This document shows, in pieces, positions 11,978 through 24,684 of a DNA stretch of 64,000 bases. Origin of the DNA: Dimorphilus gyrociliatus. Taxonomy: Eukaryota > Animalia > Annelida. The first letter of the stretch is position 1, and every line of letters starts with the position of its first letter. The stretch is taken from contig CAJFCJ010000006.1 in NCBI GenBank assembly GCA_904063045.1, positions 4,356,408 to 4,420,407 of the forward strand, given 5' to 3'. Under the pieces are notes generated by a model, which saw only the letters and a program-made list of their open reading frames with translations, had not been told where the DNA came from and ran no database searches. The translations under genes were made by a program, and so were the position numbers.

Positions 11978-14379
11978 ATGGATAACATCTCTAGCAGTTC
12001 TACTGATGCTTCAGGTGATGAGGATGTTTTGGAGAGCGACATAACTGTTTTTAAATATCCAAACCAAGCTTCAATTATCTATAGGGGACTGGAAAAACTG
12101 TATAAAGACCGGCAGTTTACCGATGTAACTCTAGCTGCCGGAGGTCAGAAATTTTATTGTCATAAAGCCATTTTAGCAACTTCTTGTCCCTATTTTATGA
12201 CTATGTTTAATTCCTCCTTCAAAGAAAGTTTAAACGATGATGTTGCGATCTCAATTGAAAGTAGCACACTAAAATCAATACTAGACTTTATTTATTCCGG
12301 AAGTGTTCAGCTAGACGTCGAAAATGTGCAAAGTATATTATCAGCTGCAAATTTTTTGCAGCTAAATGCACTTAAAGATGGATGTGCAAAATTTATGGAA
12401 AAACATATTACGGAAGTCAACTGTCTCGAAACCTACTTTTATGCTAAAGCACACGAATGCCAATCATTAGCCCACCAGTCTCTTATGCTTTCTTGTAAAC
12501 ATTTTACTGAAATATCGAAGAAAGATAAATTTTTGAACTTACCTTTTGATAAGGTAATTGATATTATATCACGAGATGAATTAAATATCGACAATGAAAG
12601 AATAGCTTATGAAGCCTGTTTATCTTGGATAAATCAAGATCTTCAAACTAGAAAGCAATACACAGTTGAATTAATGCAAAACGTTCGTTTTGCCAATCTT
12701 GAAGTTTACTATTTCTGTGATAATGTTGCCAACAACGAATTATTACAACAACATAATCAAATAAGAACCGTTGTAAAACAAGTTGAATATTACAATTTGG
12801 TTAGAGAAAGAAAGCATGAAATTGATTTAAATTCAGTACCAAGAGCTGGAATGTCTTATGAACAAGGCGTGTTAATGGTAGCGAATCCTTATCATACAAT
12901 GTATCCAGATAGGGATGGTGTTGGTGATGGTATTGATTGGTTGAATGTGAAAACAGGAAAGACTACACAAATAACTAGTTTATCAAATCCTCTTTTCCTA
13001 CCAGGTAGTTTTCAATAACTGAGAAAAAAAAGAAAGTAAATATTTACAAATTTCCAGGTGTTTGCGTTACTGGTGATGGTCATATATGTATTGCTGGTGG
13101 AGCTATTAACAGAGGAAAACGATTTGGTATTTCATCAAAAAATCACTATTTCTTTTTAGCTTTCAAATGTTTCAATAAATTTTATTTGTACAGCTAAAGG
13201 AGACTTTAAAGTTTCAAAGAAAATCCAAATAATGTACAACAATACAAGATCTCAATATTTAGACTTGATAGTATGCGAAGAAGAGCTACAAACTGAACGC
13301 GCTATGTTCAATTTATGTCTCCTTGACGGGTATGATAATGCATTTTGCACGTTCTTACTTATCTCATCATCTATTGATATCATAAACAGACACATTTTTG
13401 CTGTTGGAGGTCATACTAATGATGGCGTTACATCGAGCGTCGAAAGTTTTGTTATAGGTTGGCTTTAAAGTATTTTTATCATATTGTTAGCTTTCTAAAT
13501 CTAAAATATAGATAAAACAAGTATTAAGAGTACAACTCGTCGTTCTCTGCCTCGACCATTGAGAGGATCAGCAGCAGTATCTTTTAAAGGCGCGCTGTAT
13601 GTCTTTGGTGGGGAAGATGGTGATCAAGTATTTAAAAGCATTTACAAGTGCTAATATCCTTACTGTGATTATATTAGTATAACTGATGACAACAATAAAT
13701 ACCTTTTAGATACGACTTAGGGCGAGACGTATGGCGTGAAGTTTTGTCATTGAAGTGTGCAAGGAGCTTAGCCGCGTGTGTTGTTTATCGTAACAAAATC
13801 TGGATAACAGGTTTTTATCAGGATAAATATAACTCTTAAAAGTCTTTATAAGTTATTTTTAAATAATGATTAGGTGGTTGCTCTACCGTAACAAACAAAT
13901 GGAAGACCGAACATATGGCAACAAATTGTTTGAGTAGCGTTGAGATATATGATCCCATTACAAACAAAATTACTTTTGGACCAGAATTACCTTTCGATAT
14001 ATGCGGACATGGTAATTAAATATAATAGTCAATGTGTTGAGTAATTCACATATCTAATTTATTAAGGAATCGTCAAATATGCAGAAACTTTATGGATAAT
14101 AGGCGGAGAACAAGCTAACGGACTTGTTGCTGGCATTTACAAACTGAAACAGTTACAGGACGACTCATTCTGTTGGGATGAAGGTCCAGAATTAAAGGTT
14201 TGTAATGAATCATTGTTTACATTTCAATAACGTATTACGATTTGTTTTTATTTCTACAGTTGCCAGTCTCCACATTTGGGTATTTTGTTACTAATATTTC
14301 AAAAGATTATTCATTTTGGACGCAAGAATCAGATAATAAGGGCTATTATATTGTGAAACCGTATTCTAATATATACTAA
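11978..14379 (+). CDS. BTB-BACK-Kelch (KLHL family) Cullin-3 adaptor, multi-exon
   Basis: FTDVTL..FYCHKAILATSCPYFMTMF BTB, BACK helices, then short exons with Kelch GG motifs (ICIAGG, FAVGG, LYVFGGED); last exon 14260..14379. Confidence 0.9.
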
Positions 14380-14398
14380 AACTGTTGAGAATTTTACT

Positions 14399-15231
14399 CA
14401 GTCCCGAGAAAAAGTTGTTCTTATATTGGAAAAAGTGACTTATTTGACTAACAGGACTTGTTTAATTGTCTTTTTTTTGGCTAAAATGAAAGATAAGATA
14501 TTTATACAACTAAGTTTAAAGATAGAATTCGTTTAAAAATTTTTTCTTACTTTTAATCAATTTTTATTTACAAATTCTTATGAATAAGACAGTGAGATAG
14601 TTTCTGGCAGGTTACCTGTTCCTTCCAAAAAAAATAGATAATAATTAAATGGCACCCAATTAAAATTTTTTTATGACATTTCCTGAGTAGTGTTAGATAG
14701 TTGTGTAACATAAAAGATATAAAAACATTTGATAATGGGAAAGATAAGCCTTGAAATGAGAAAGAAAATTGTAGAGCTAGATAGAATAGGGCTAAGCCAA
14801 GTTAAAATCTCCAAAAAACTAAATATTGCTCGAAGTACTGTCCGGTACAACATAAAGAAGGGAATGGAACATTCTTCAATGGAAAACAGACCCAGATCTG
14901 GTCGCCCCAACAAAATACTCGAAGAAGACAAAAAAATTCTTATTAAGATAAAAAAGAAAAACCCCTCTTACTCAGCGAGACAAGTTTATAGCAAATGGGG
15001 CATGGCAGATAAGGTAAGTTTATCTTCTGCCAAGAAGATTCTCTGCAAATATGGCTTCAAAAGTTGCGTGGCGAAGGTAAAACCATTGACTAAATCGGCA
15101 AAAGGAAAAAATAAATGAATTCTATATTTAAGTTCGAAAACAAAAAAGATAATTAAACAAGTCCTTTTAGTTGAATAATTCACTTTTTCCGCAATTTGAA
15201 CAACCCTGCCAGAGACTTTTTATCGGGATTG
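14399..15231 (+). mobile_element. Non-autonomous Tc1-like DNA transposon (internal deletion derivative) with long imperfect TIRs
   Basis: Left end CAGTCCCGAGAAAAAG vs reverse-complemented right end CAATCCCGATAAAAAG (flanked by TA at 15232-33); exact 15-bp inverted match AGGACTTGTTTAATT (14453-67 / 15151-65); TIR similarity ~14399-14540 vs ~15113-15231. Confidence 0.85.
14729..15118 (+). pseudogene. Truncated Tc1 transposase: paired-like HTH region only, DDE domain absent
   Basis: MRKKIVEL...GLSQVKISKKLNIARSTVRY...RPRSGRPNKI...KNPSYSARQV; the ORF stops where the right TIR begins. Confidence 0.85.
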
Positions 15232-15605
15232 TACATATACTCTTAAACTTTGATATTTAATTGGAAAGTAAAAGTGTGCTGTAATCTTACGAAGTATTAC
15301 TAGACATATTTACAATTTTGACAATGCATAACATGAAAATTTAGGCTATCTCTTTACCATATCTTCTGCTCTTTGTTACTTTCTTATTTTCTTTTATTTT
15401 TGACAGTTTTCAATAAACATTTAAATGTATTTACTTCTCTACTTGAACTATAGAATATTTGATTGACGAGAATATAGCAAATAAACTCCAGAAAAAGGGA
15501 GATTCAGTTGATTAACTTTGAAAAGGAAAAGTTGTAGACAACATTCGATAATATCCTGACTAATAGCTGGGTTAGAGTTTAAAAACAATCGAAAGGGTAT
15601 AATTA

Positions 15606-18178
15606 TTAGTGAAATGTTTGAGAATAAGCTGTTATTGACTTCGGCTCAAGGATACGATCAATTTGTCCATCATCTTCATCAGTTGCTAACCATCTTCCGC
15701 AATGGAACACGTACTCATCATAGTATGGCAACTTCTTAAAAGTCTTTTTAAGCTTTTCTATAGAGTATTCCTTTTCAGTAGCATCATCGTCATAGCGTGT
15801 TCTACTCCTTTCTCTCTCATAGTCATCTTTATCGTATAGAATCTCTTTCTCTCCTCGTTCTACGCCATCGTCTTTCATTTTTAACTTTTCTTTTACAATT
15901 TTCCCTTTTGGCCCCTTGAATATCTCCTTTAGCTTTCCCTCTAGTCTGTCATCTAAATGTTTTTCTAATGATCTCAATCTATCTAATATCTCTTCAGTTG
16001 ATAGGAATCTCTTTATAGTTATCTATAATGAAAATAAACATTAAGATTAGAATGTAGAGTATATTTTACGGTTACCTTTTCTAAGAACCACCCAGGACCA
16101 AGAGACGTGTCATCATGCCTTATTCGAATCTTTTTTAAGGGACCAACGTCCTCTGCTTGTATCTAAATTCAGTCACAATTCTACATATAATATTGAACTA
16201 TTGAAATTGTAAAGTACTATACTTTAAAAGTATCGATTCTGCCTCTCTCGAAGTTGTCACTGTCATCATTTAATTCAACCTCCCTGCTTTGGTCATTTCG
16301 CCCCATGATCGTTATGAAAACTCTTGCGTCAGTTCCAGCTTGGTATACGTTACCAGTGATTACTTGCACTTCGTATTTAGTTTTCGGTGTAAAAGAATGT
16401 CTAACCCTTCCTCTCTTCGACCTTCCTCCATCACCTTCGTTCATCTCAGGATAAAGATCTCGGAATAGTGTCCCATCACCTTCATCTTCTGCAATCCAAT
16501 CTCTGAGCATGAACGAGTATCTTTTACCTGTTTCAAGATTTTCTATCAAGATATAATCCAAAAACCATCCTGGTCCAGCACCAGAATTGTCGTGCTCAAT
16601 TCGAATCCTGCTAATAACACCCAAATCGTCAAATTGAGAATGAAATTCATCTGCGTTATCCCTTTCAAAATTGTTTAAGTTTCTATTCTTTAGTTTAAAC
16701 CTTGGAGTAACATTTTTTGAACCATAAATAGTCAAGAATACATTCGCATCTGTGCCTGCCAACATGACATCACCAGTTTTGACAACTATTCTATACTCTA
16801 AAATAAAGACAGTAAAACCATTAGAAATCAACACATTTAAAAATACCTTTTACCTATTTTTTCGATAACTTTTTCTTCACCAGATAATATTCTTTTAACT
16901 TTCTTATCACCATGGTGAAGGGACAACCAATTTTTGCATAAGAATATAAAAGTCTGGAAACTACGGAGGTTGGTTACTTCTATGTATTCCAACCACCAAC
17001 TATCCTTAACTTCTTCACCGTCGTGCTATTTATGATTTATAAATTTTAGGTGAAAAACAAATCTTAATCGAGCAGCTTACCTCTACAATGCAGTATTGTA
17101 ATGGACCTATATTTGGTCCTTTAAAATGAAATGTTTCTTTTGAATTTTTTACAAAACCGTAATTTTTAAGTCCATTTTTTACGAGATTCCTTTTTTTCAT
17201 AGAGTATTTAGAATTTCTTAATGTAATCGATACCTAATATACAAGAATGCTGTGAATTTTTATCATTTTGTTATCTCAGTATATTTACTTTAGCTTTAGT
17301 CGATGCTCCATTTATGTCACCAGTCTTAACAACTACCTTATACAAAGTATCGCATACTTCCTCCGGTTGTTTTGGAGCTTTTTTAACTATAGGAGGAGGC
17401 GGAATATACTTAATCTTTGTCCTCGGTTTTGGAGGCGCAATAACCTCATTACCTTTCTGTAAGGAAAAATAGTTTGGTGTTAATCTGCTGTTATTCACCC
17501 ACGCATTCTTATATTCATACTTCTATTATATAGTGCTATAGATAATATTTAAATCAAATAATATTGATTGTCTTCTCAGAATGTCAAAAATAGGCTTTTT
17601 AAGAAAAGAGAATCTTACTTTCATAAAGACTTTTCTTGGTTCAGATACATAATCACAGAGATCGCAAAAGCTCCTTGCCGAAGATTTTTCATTATCATCC
17701 CTACACTGCCAAGAATAAGTTTTCTTTTTCCATCCAGGAACGTCGTTTGTAAACAAAACACCACAGCTTTCCCAGTGTTTATCACTGGTCACATATAGAG
17801 GTTTTTCTGGTTCTAAATGATGAAAATTACAAAAGTTATACAGTTACTAGTTGCTCAGTAGTCCTATACTTTATAATTTTTTAAAAGTATTTTATTTAAA
17901 AATTTACCAGTTTTATCCTTCGGATGCCAATGTTTCATACCGAATGCATAACAGGGATCTATATCTGATAGAGATCCCTCCAAAATTTCAATATTCTTAC
18001 GAGTTTTCTTATCCAAATTCAATAAGGAGTGTCCATACAGCTGATTCGATTTTTCTTGCTTTGTTCTAACTGACCATCCATTCTCTCTTGAACCATATAC
18101 ATAGCCACTCCCAGTTCTAGCACGATTAGGATAACTTCTTCCATTATGGTAAGAATATCCGAATTCAGGCTCTATCAT
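15606..18178 (-). CDS. Three-PLAT/LH2-domain protein (LOXHD1-like), multi-exon
   Basis: Three repeats of Y.V.VKTG..AGTDA.V..I.G...FE....D.F....IRIEHD..G.GPGWFL..I...Y.F.C..W; non-PLAT N-terminal exons 17864..18178 and 17526..17792. Start codon less certain. Confidence 0.85.
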
Positions 18179-18452
18179 GTCGTATTATCGCTCGTAAATT
18201 AACTTTTAATTTAAATGAAATACTTTCAATTAAGCGCAAGTTTATCTGCAGAACTGATAGTACAAAAAATGATATCTTGTTCTATGCAAACATTTCTTTA
18301 ATTACTAATTCGTTATAAATTATCGTTTATGATATCTATATTAGAGTTTTCTAGGAAAATATTTACGTAATTGCTAGTAGCAACGACAGAATTTTCTAGC
18401 AGACAGCTACTTCCCGAAGATATAAATAAGCATATGATATTAGTTGTAAAAA

Positions 18453-19143
18453 ATGTGGGTTTTTGGATATGGGTCATTGATATGGAAAGTTGATTTTGAG
18501 TACGAGGAAAAGTTAGCAGGATACATACAAGGCTTTTCAAGAAGATTTTGGCAAGGCAGTACGACTCACAGGGGAATACCTGGCAAGGTCGGTTGATAGT
18601 ATTCGAAAATGACGGAATAGAACAGAATATATTTGTATTATTTTTCAGCCAGGTAGAGTTGTAACGCTGATACGGTCAGAAAATATAAATGTAAGCTATT
18701 TTAACGAAGTTGAACATTTTTTCTGATAACTTGTTAAATACTGTATTAATATATGATAGGAAAAAGTATATGGCATTGCATACAAATTACCAGGTGAAGA
18801 TGTCAAGGCTCAACTAGATTATAGGGAAAGAGAAGATTATAGCAATGTTGAAGTTACATTTTATCCTTTTGAAGGGGAACCTTTTCCATTAATGATTTAT
18901 ATTGGATCAGAGGATAGCCCAAACTATTTGGGACCAAGTCCAATTGAATGTATGGCACAGCAAATTTATTCAAGCGAAGGACCTAGTGGAAAAAATATCG
19001 AATATTTGTTCAATTTAGCGGATGCTACAAGAAATTTGGTTCCGAATTTTACGGACGACCATCTCTTTGAACTAGAAGCTGCTGTAAAACAATTGTGTGA
19101 AAAAAAAAGTAAAATCTCTAATTTTAGGATAATAGATCATTAG
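18453..19143 (+). CDS. CHAC2: ChaC glutathione-specific gamma-glutamylcyclotransferase (CHAC2-like)
   Basis: [54 protein letters not shown] across three exons. Confidence 0.9.
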
Positions 19144-19346
19144 CGTTCATTCTATAAACGTTTTAGTTTAGTGTTTTTAGTGTACCTCATATAGAATAAT
19201 AATAACAATAACATTAATAATAATATTTTGAATTTATCAATTTGTAAAATTTGAACAATTTCAACAAAGTGTTATTTTGTTTTAAGTCTGTAAATTATTC
19301 CCAAAGGCTGTTTTTTTAAATGATAATAATTTTCCTCGGAGTGCAA

Positions 19347-20636
19347 CTAATCGGGAGCGTCAATAGAAATGATTGGTACAACAGGCTTCGGAGATTCGTC
19401 TATACTTTTAATTTTTATATGTGCACAACTCCCTTTTTCTTGTCTGTTGGAATTTTGAGATGCGTCAATGATTGGAGCTTCAGGTGGTAGTTTATACGAT
19501 ATATTTCCATATTCTTGTAATAGTGGACATATACCAAGCAACCATGAGCAAAAGTCTTTTCTTAAGCCGAACCACCCTATTAAAATAATGAAATATTTTT
19601 AAAACAAGATAATAACAATAATGATTGTTCATTTTCAACTTACAAAAGTTACTACTTCGTGATTCGAAAGACATTATCATAAGTGTAAAAAAAGAAATGA
19701 GTAACGGAAGTGTAACAGCTAAGTAAGTATGATTTTCTAAGCCATCTTCCTTATTCGTCAAAAGAATCTGGAAGACTAGTAGTGGTATAACCATACATGT
19801 ATATCCTATAGCAATAAATAAATTTCCTCTTCTCTGTTCAGGAACAATATCTGAAGACTTGACGAGAATTATAGCTAGAATGATAGCGTATAAAACCCCA
19901 ATAAGAGCAACAGACATTACAAGCCATAAAGGAATAAACACCAAAACCCATTTCCATTTAATAAAATTGTCCAATTTAAGGGCGATAAAAATAAATTGAA
20001 GAACATTGACAGAACAGAACAACTCTAACTGAAAATAAATTTTTGTAGTAGACAAGAATTTACCATAAAATTAAGAAAAAAAATGCCTACTTCAAAATTC
20101 CTGTCAACTTTAATAGACCAGAAACAAACGGCGAATGATATAAGTGATAAAAATACCAAAGGAATAAAGATTAGCATCCAATACAATTGTTTCCTGTACT
20201 CTGCGTTTTCTAGCTTATCACACATTAAGAGCTCAAACATTAAAAGGAGAAGATGTAATCCAGTGGACACGATCATAGCTTTATAATGTGTGTATGCTCC
20301 ATTTTCTAACCTATAGGATGGATTACGCCACCAAATCATTGTTCCACTGATACATCCAACTATTACTAGCGCTTTCCAAATCCATAATGGTAAAAAGACA
20401 ATCCAATAACTCCACTCCACGCTATTGTCAAATTTTAATGCAAGTAGAAGGCAGAACACGAGTAGACATCCATAAACAACGAATTTGCTGTTAGAGAATC
20501 AGGGTTATAAAATTGTTGTTGCTTATTTGTTTACAAATTGTCAATGTGAATTTTTACAATTATTATTAGATAACTATAAAACCTACCTAGGATTAAAATC
20601 TTTGAATATACCACGAACATTAAACTCCAGAGGCAT
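19347..20636 (-). CDS. TMEM185A: Transmembrane protein 185 (FAM11)-like
   Basis: First exon MPLEFNVRGIFKDFNP-SKFVV; repeated LKFDNSVEWSYWIVFLPLW motifs; C-terminal PVVPIISIDAPD. Confidence 0.9.
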
Positions 20637-20908
20637 AATTTTCTATCACTATCTTTGAATTATATCTATCTATTTCTAAAACTAAAGATGTTATCCATAA
20701 TAGGTTTTTTTTATGACACTGCAGAGAAACTTTCGTATAAAATTTTAGTATCTTTTTATTATTTATAAAATTTTACTAAATATTTTATATAAATTTTACG
20801 TATTATAACTGAAATTATTTATTCTTTTAAGTAAAATTCGAAATATGAAAACAACTTCCGCTTTTAGGTAAACTGGTAATTGACTTGTAATGTTTTGCTT
20901 AGACAAGC

Positions 20909-23900
20909 ATGGCAAATAGGCGAGAGATGTCCAACCTAACTGTAATCGTTAAAACGTCTAAGGATACAAAAGAACTAACATTTCCAAAGAAAAAAACCGT
21001 AAAAGAGGTTTGTAAAATTTTCTAACACGAATATGTCACGATTTATACTGCTTGAAATATTATTTGCTTAAGTTCTTCTTCAGGCCCCAGTTGAAGTCTC
21101 TTAAATAAGTTTTTCTTTTCATAACAGCTACGAAAAAAAGTTGCTCAATTGTTTTTGGCTGATATTGAAAAAGTTCGTTTGGTATTTTCCGGAAAAATTC
21201 TTGAGGACGATGACACTATAAGTAAAAGTAAAATAAAAAATAAAGATATCTTGCACCTAGTTATTAAAGATAATGAGGTTAGTTGGCCCTTGAACAACAT
21301 TACTATAACAATGATAATTCATTTGCTTATATAGGGTTCGTCTAATGCTCAAACTTCATCAATCGAGGACGAAATAGTTCCTAGACCTCACGGTGGTTTT
21401 AATTTTAAGAAAGTCAAACCCATATTCAGTGATGATTCTAAGTAAGTATATTAGTCATAAATACCGTCACCAAATCTCATTAATTTCTTTCAGATTTCTA
21501 TTATGCGCTTCGGGTTCTTTAGTTAAGATAATTAATTGCCTCCAAGGAGAAGTTGTTCAAATTCTAAATGGCCATACAGAACCAATAACTGGAATTGATT
21601 TAGATTGTTACGAGCCATCTAAATACGTTCGTAATCATTCATTAATAAATAAACAATTATAAATTTAATGAATTATGTACTTTTCAGTGTTATACAGTTT
21701 CAGCAGATGATACATTAATAAAATGGGATTATTTGGAAGGTCTTGCTATCAAAGGGTACAATGTAAAAAACTGCAAGACGTTAAAGTGTATAAGAGGATC
21801 GCTATATTCCATTCAAGGAAATCAGAAAAAGAACATAGTAAAATTAAATTTTAATGGTGATAAAATTAACATAGAAAAGGTACATAATATTGAAGGAAGA
21901 TATAATTTGGAAGAGCGTTATGATTTTGGCAATAGAGTACGTTCTCTTAATTCCTAAGTTTCAATTTCTCATAAGATTTCTTCTACAGTTTAGTTTTCTC
22001 GGATTTGTTAATGCCTGGAGTTGCACTGTTATGACACTAAATGACAAAAATAACCAACCTAAAAGATGGTAAATAAAGAAATTTTCAATTATATTAGAAT
22101 AAATACACCTACCTTCTTTTTGTAGGAGTTATGTAAATTGCCCATTAAGATGCATAGCTTGTCATCCTGAAGCCGAAATTGTCGCAACAGGAGATGTTAA
22201 AGGTGCCATATATATTTGGCGTAACATTTTTTCTGATGCACCTATTACACTAAAGTTACATTGGCATTCGTTACCCGTTTGTGATATAGCATGGAATTCT
22301 CATGGTACAGAATTGTTGAGTGTTGGTTATGAATGTGTTTTAGTAAGATGGACAATTGCAACGGAAGAAAAGCGATTTCTTCCTCGACTCGGTGCGCCTC
22401 TGACATTTGTTAGAATTTCAAGGAATAACCAACAATACGCCCTATCTCATGATAATAACGTTTTGACTCTGGTTTCAAACAATTTACTAGTTCAGAATGT
22501 CATTTCTGGTATGGCCGATAATGATAATAAAGTAAAATTATTATATGATCCTAGATCACGTTCCATTATAACAAATGGCTTGCCAGGACACCTACAATTT
22601 TATAAAGTTCAAGATGATAAGCAATTATATTACATAGATGCCGTGGGTCAAAATTATATATCACCTGAAAGTTTGGATAAGCCTTTGAAATACATAGAGA
22701 TAGAGGCTGCAGCGATTAATTCAACTGGAACTTGGCTATGTACATACGAAAGAAGGAATGATGTTTCATTAAGTATTCCATCTAAGTTGAAATTTTGGAG
22801 ATGGTCTGCTGTTGATCGTACTTTTGTTCTTTGCGTGGAGTTTATTTCAGCGTTCCGCGGAAAAGTTAATACTTTACGTTTTTGCAAATCTATAATGAAT
22901 GAGGTATTAGTAGCTACTAGTGAAGATCAGTGTTTTAAGATTTGGAAGAATAGTGGAGAATCGAAGTGGATATTTCACAGAAAAGGATCGCATCTATCTC
23001 TTCCATCAACTGTAGCTGATTTTAGTAAAGATGGATCTTTGTTAGCTGTTTCTTTTGGGAATTATCTTACTTTATGGCGATTTGACGAAGAACTTGAAAG
23101 ACGTGCAATTTTGGAACATGAAAGTTCAGTTTTATTTTGTGAATTTTGTAAATTTAAATACGTTCATATTTTACTATCTGCAAGCGATAGTCAAATAATT
23201 TCCTGGGATTTATTAACCTGCTCGGCTCTATGGAAAGTTAACACAAATGTTAGCCTTTTAGCTTCTGATCCTTTATCAGAATATTTCGCTGTGTTATCAA
23301 CAAACAACCAACGTTAGTATCAGCCATGTAAATTTAATTTATAATGTACTATAAGAATGTATATGTATTTTTTAACAGTATATATTATTCAACCATCCGA
23401 AATTGAGCCAACATTTTCTCTACCTAATATATGCAAATCAGAAGTCTCATCAATGGTTTTTGTGCCAAGAGAAGAACCAAACGATGAATTACCTGAATGG
23501 ACCTGTAAATCTCAATTATATTTTTGGTCTAAGGAAGAAGGTTTATACTTAGTGGATAGACAAAATACTGAATTACTTAAGGCACGAAATCGAATTAATT
23601 TGAGTTCGAATGTAAGAAAGAATAAATTAGCGGAATTAATAACTCACTCTTTCACTCGAAAAAACCCGTCAAATCAAGATAAAAGAATTGACAGATTTAG
23701 TGAGCAAACGGCATCAAACGTACTTTTACGAGCTGTAAGTTATACTTAGACTATTTGTCAATAAACTCTATTTTTTGTGCTTAAATCACCCAGGTCAGTT
23801 CTGTATCGAATAATATTTTACTTATAACTGATATCTCGCCCTCCTGGCAAGCTGCCGCCTTGAAGCAATTACAGTAAGCATTTTTGTCATTTGACTTGAC

Positions 23901-24171
23901 GTTTTGTTAATATTTCTCAAAATTGAACAGATCGAATTCATCAGAAAATGAAGATATATCGCTTGATTTAAAAAATCTTGAAATTGATGAAGAAAAGTTT
24001 CAGAAAGCCTTAATGGCCTCAAACAAAATAAGATCAGTTGTTGAAGATTCTAATGTCACTAGTGAAATAGATATGAATGAAATTCCTGAAGAAAATATCG
24101 AAAAGAAGAATATTACACCAGCAACGAAAATACCAAACAGTGTTGAAGACGTATTGAAGTTTGTTATGTAA
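20909..24171 (+). CDS. WDR75: WDR75/UTP17 SSU-processome WD40 protein preceded in-frame by a ubiquilin-type ubiquitin-like domain
   Basis: Exons 20909-21007, 21128-21277 (UBL), 21335-21441, 21494-... ; GGFNFKKVKPIFSDDSK-FLLCASGSLVK, LHWH, KRFLPRLGAPL, LPGHLQFY match WDR75. Confidence 0.85.
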
Positions 24172-24684
24172 CATTATATAACATTTTGTTATAGGTCAAA
24201 GCATAAGTCGATTTGTAAAATAAAAGAAAAAATTTAAATATATGAAAGTTTAATTCAGTTAAAGAATTTTATATTTGTGAATTTCGGTATAATAAAGGAA
24301 TATTTTATTAAGTTTGAAGCGTTCTAATCGTTTGTTACTTATTAATAATTGATAAGTAAATCGGGTTCGGAATTAATAAAACACATTTTTTCTATCACAT
24401 AAATACACAAGTATCTCTTTCTTCTCTGTTAAGCATTTTAAGGCAGCATATATCAAAGCGCTTTTTCAACCCAATTGATTGTAAGATGTAATAGCATAAT
24501 ACTTAGTATAACTGCAATAGATTTATCACTAGAATATATACTGTATAGAAGCTGGTTGCAAATTTTTACACATCAAATCAGCTTTTAGTTGCATGCAATA
24601 TCTTCAACAATAGCGAATGACGCATAATCGTCATTTTCAAATAGGATAGTATTGTTTTCCCTCTTAGAAAGAATCATTTAACAA

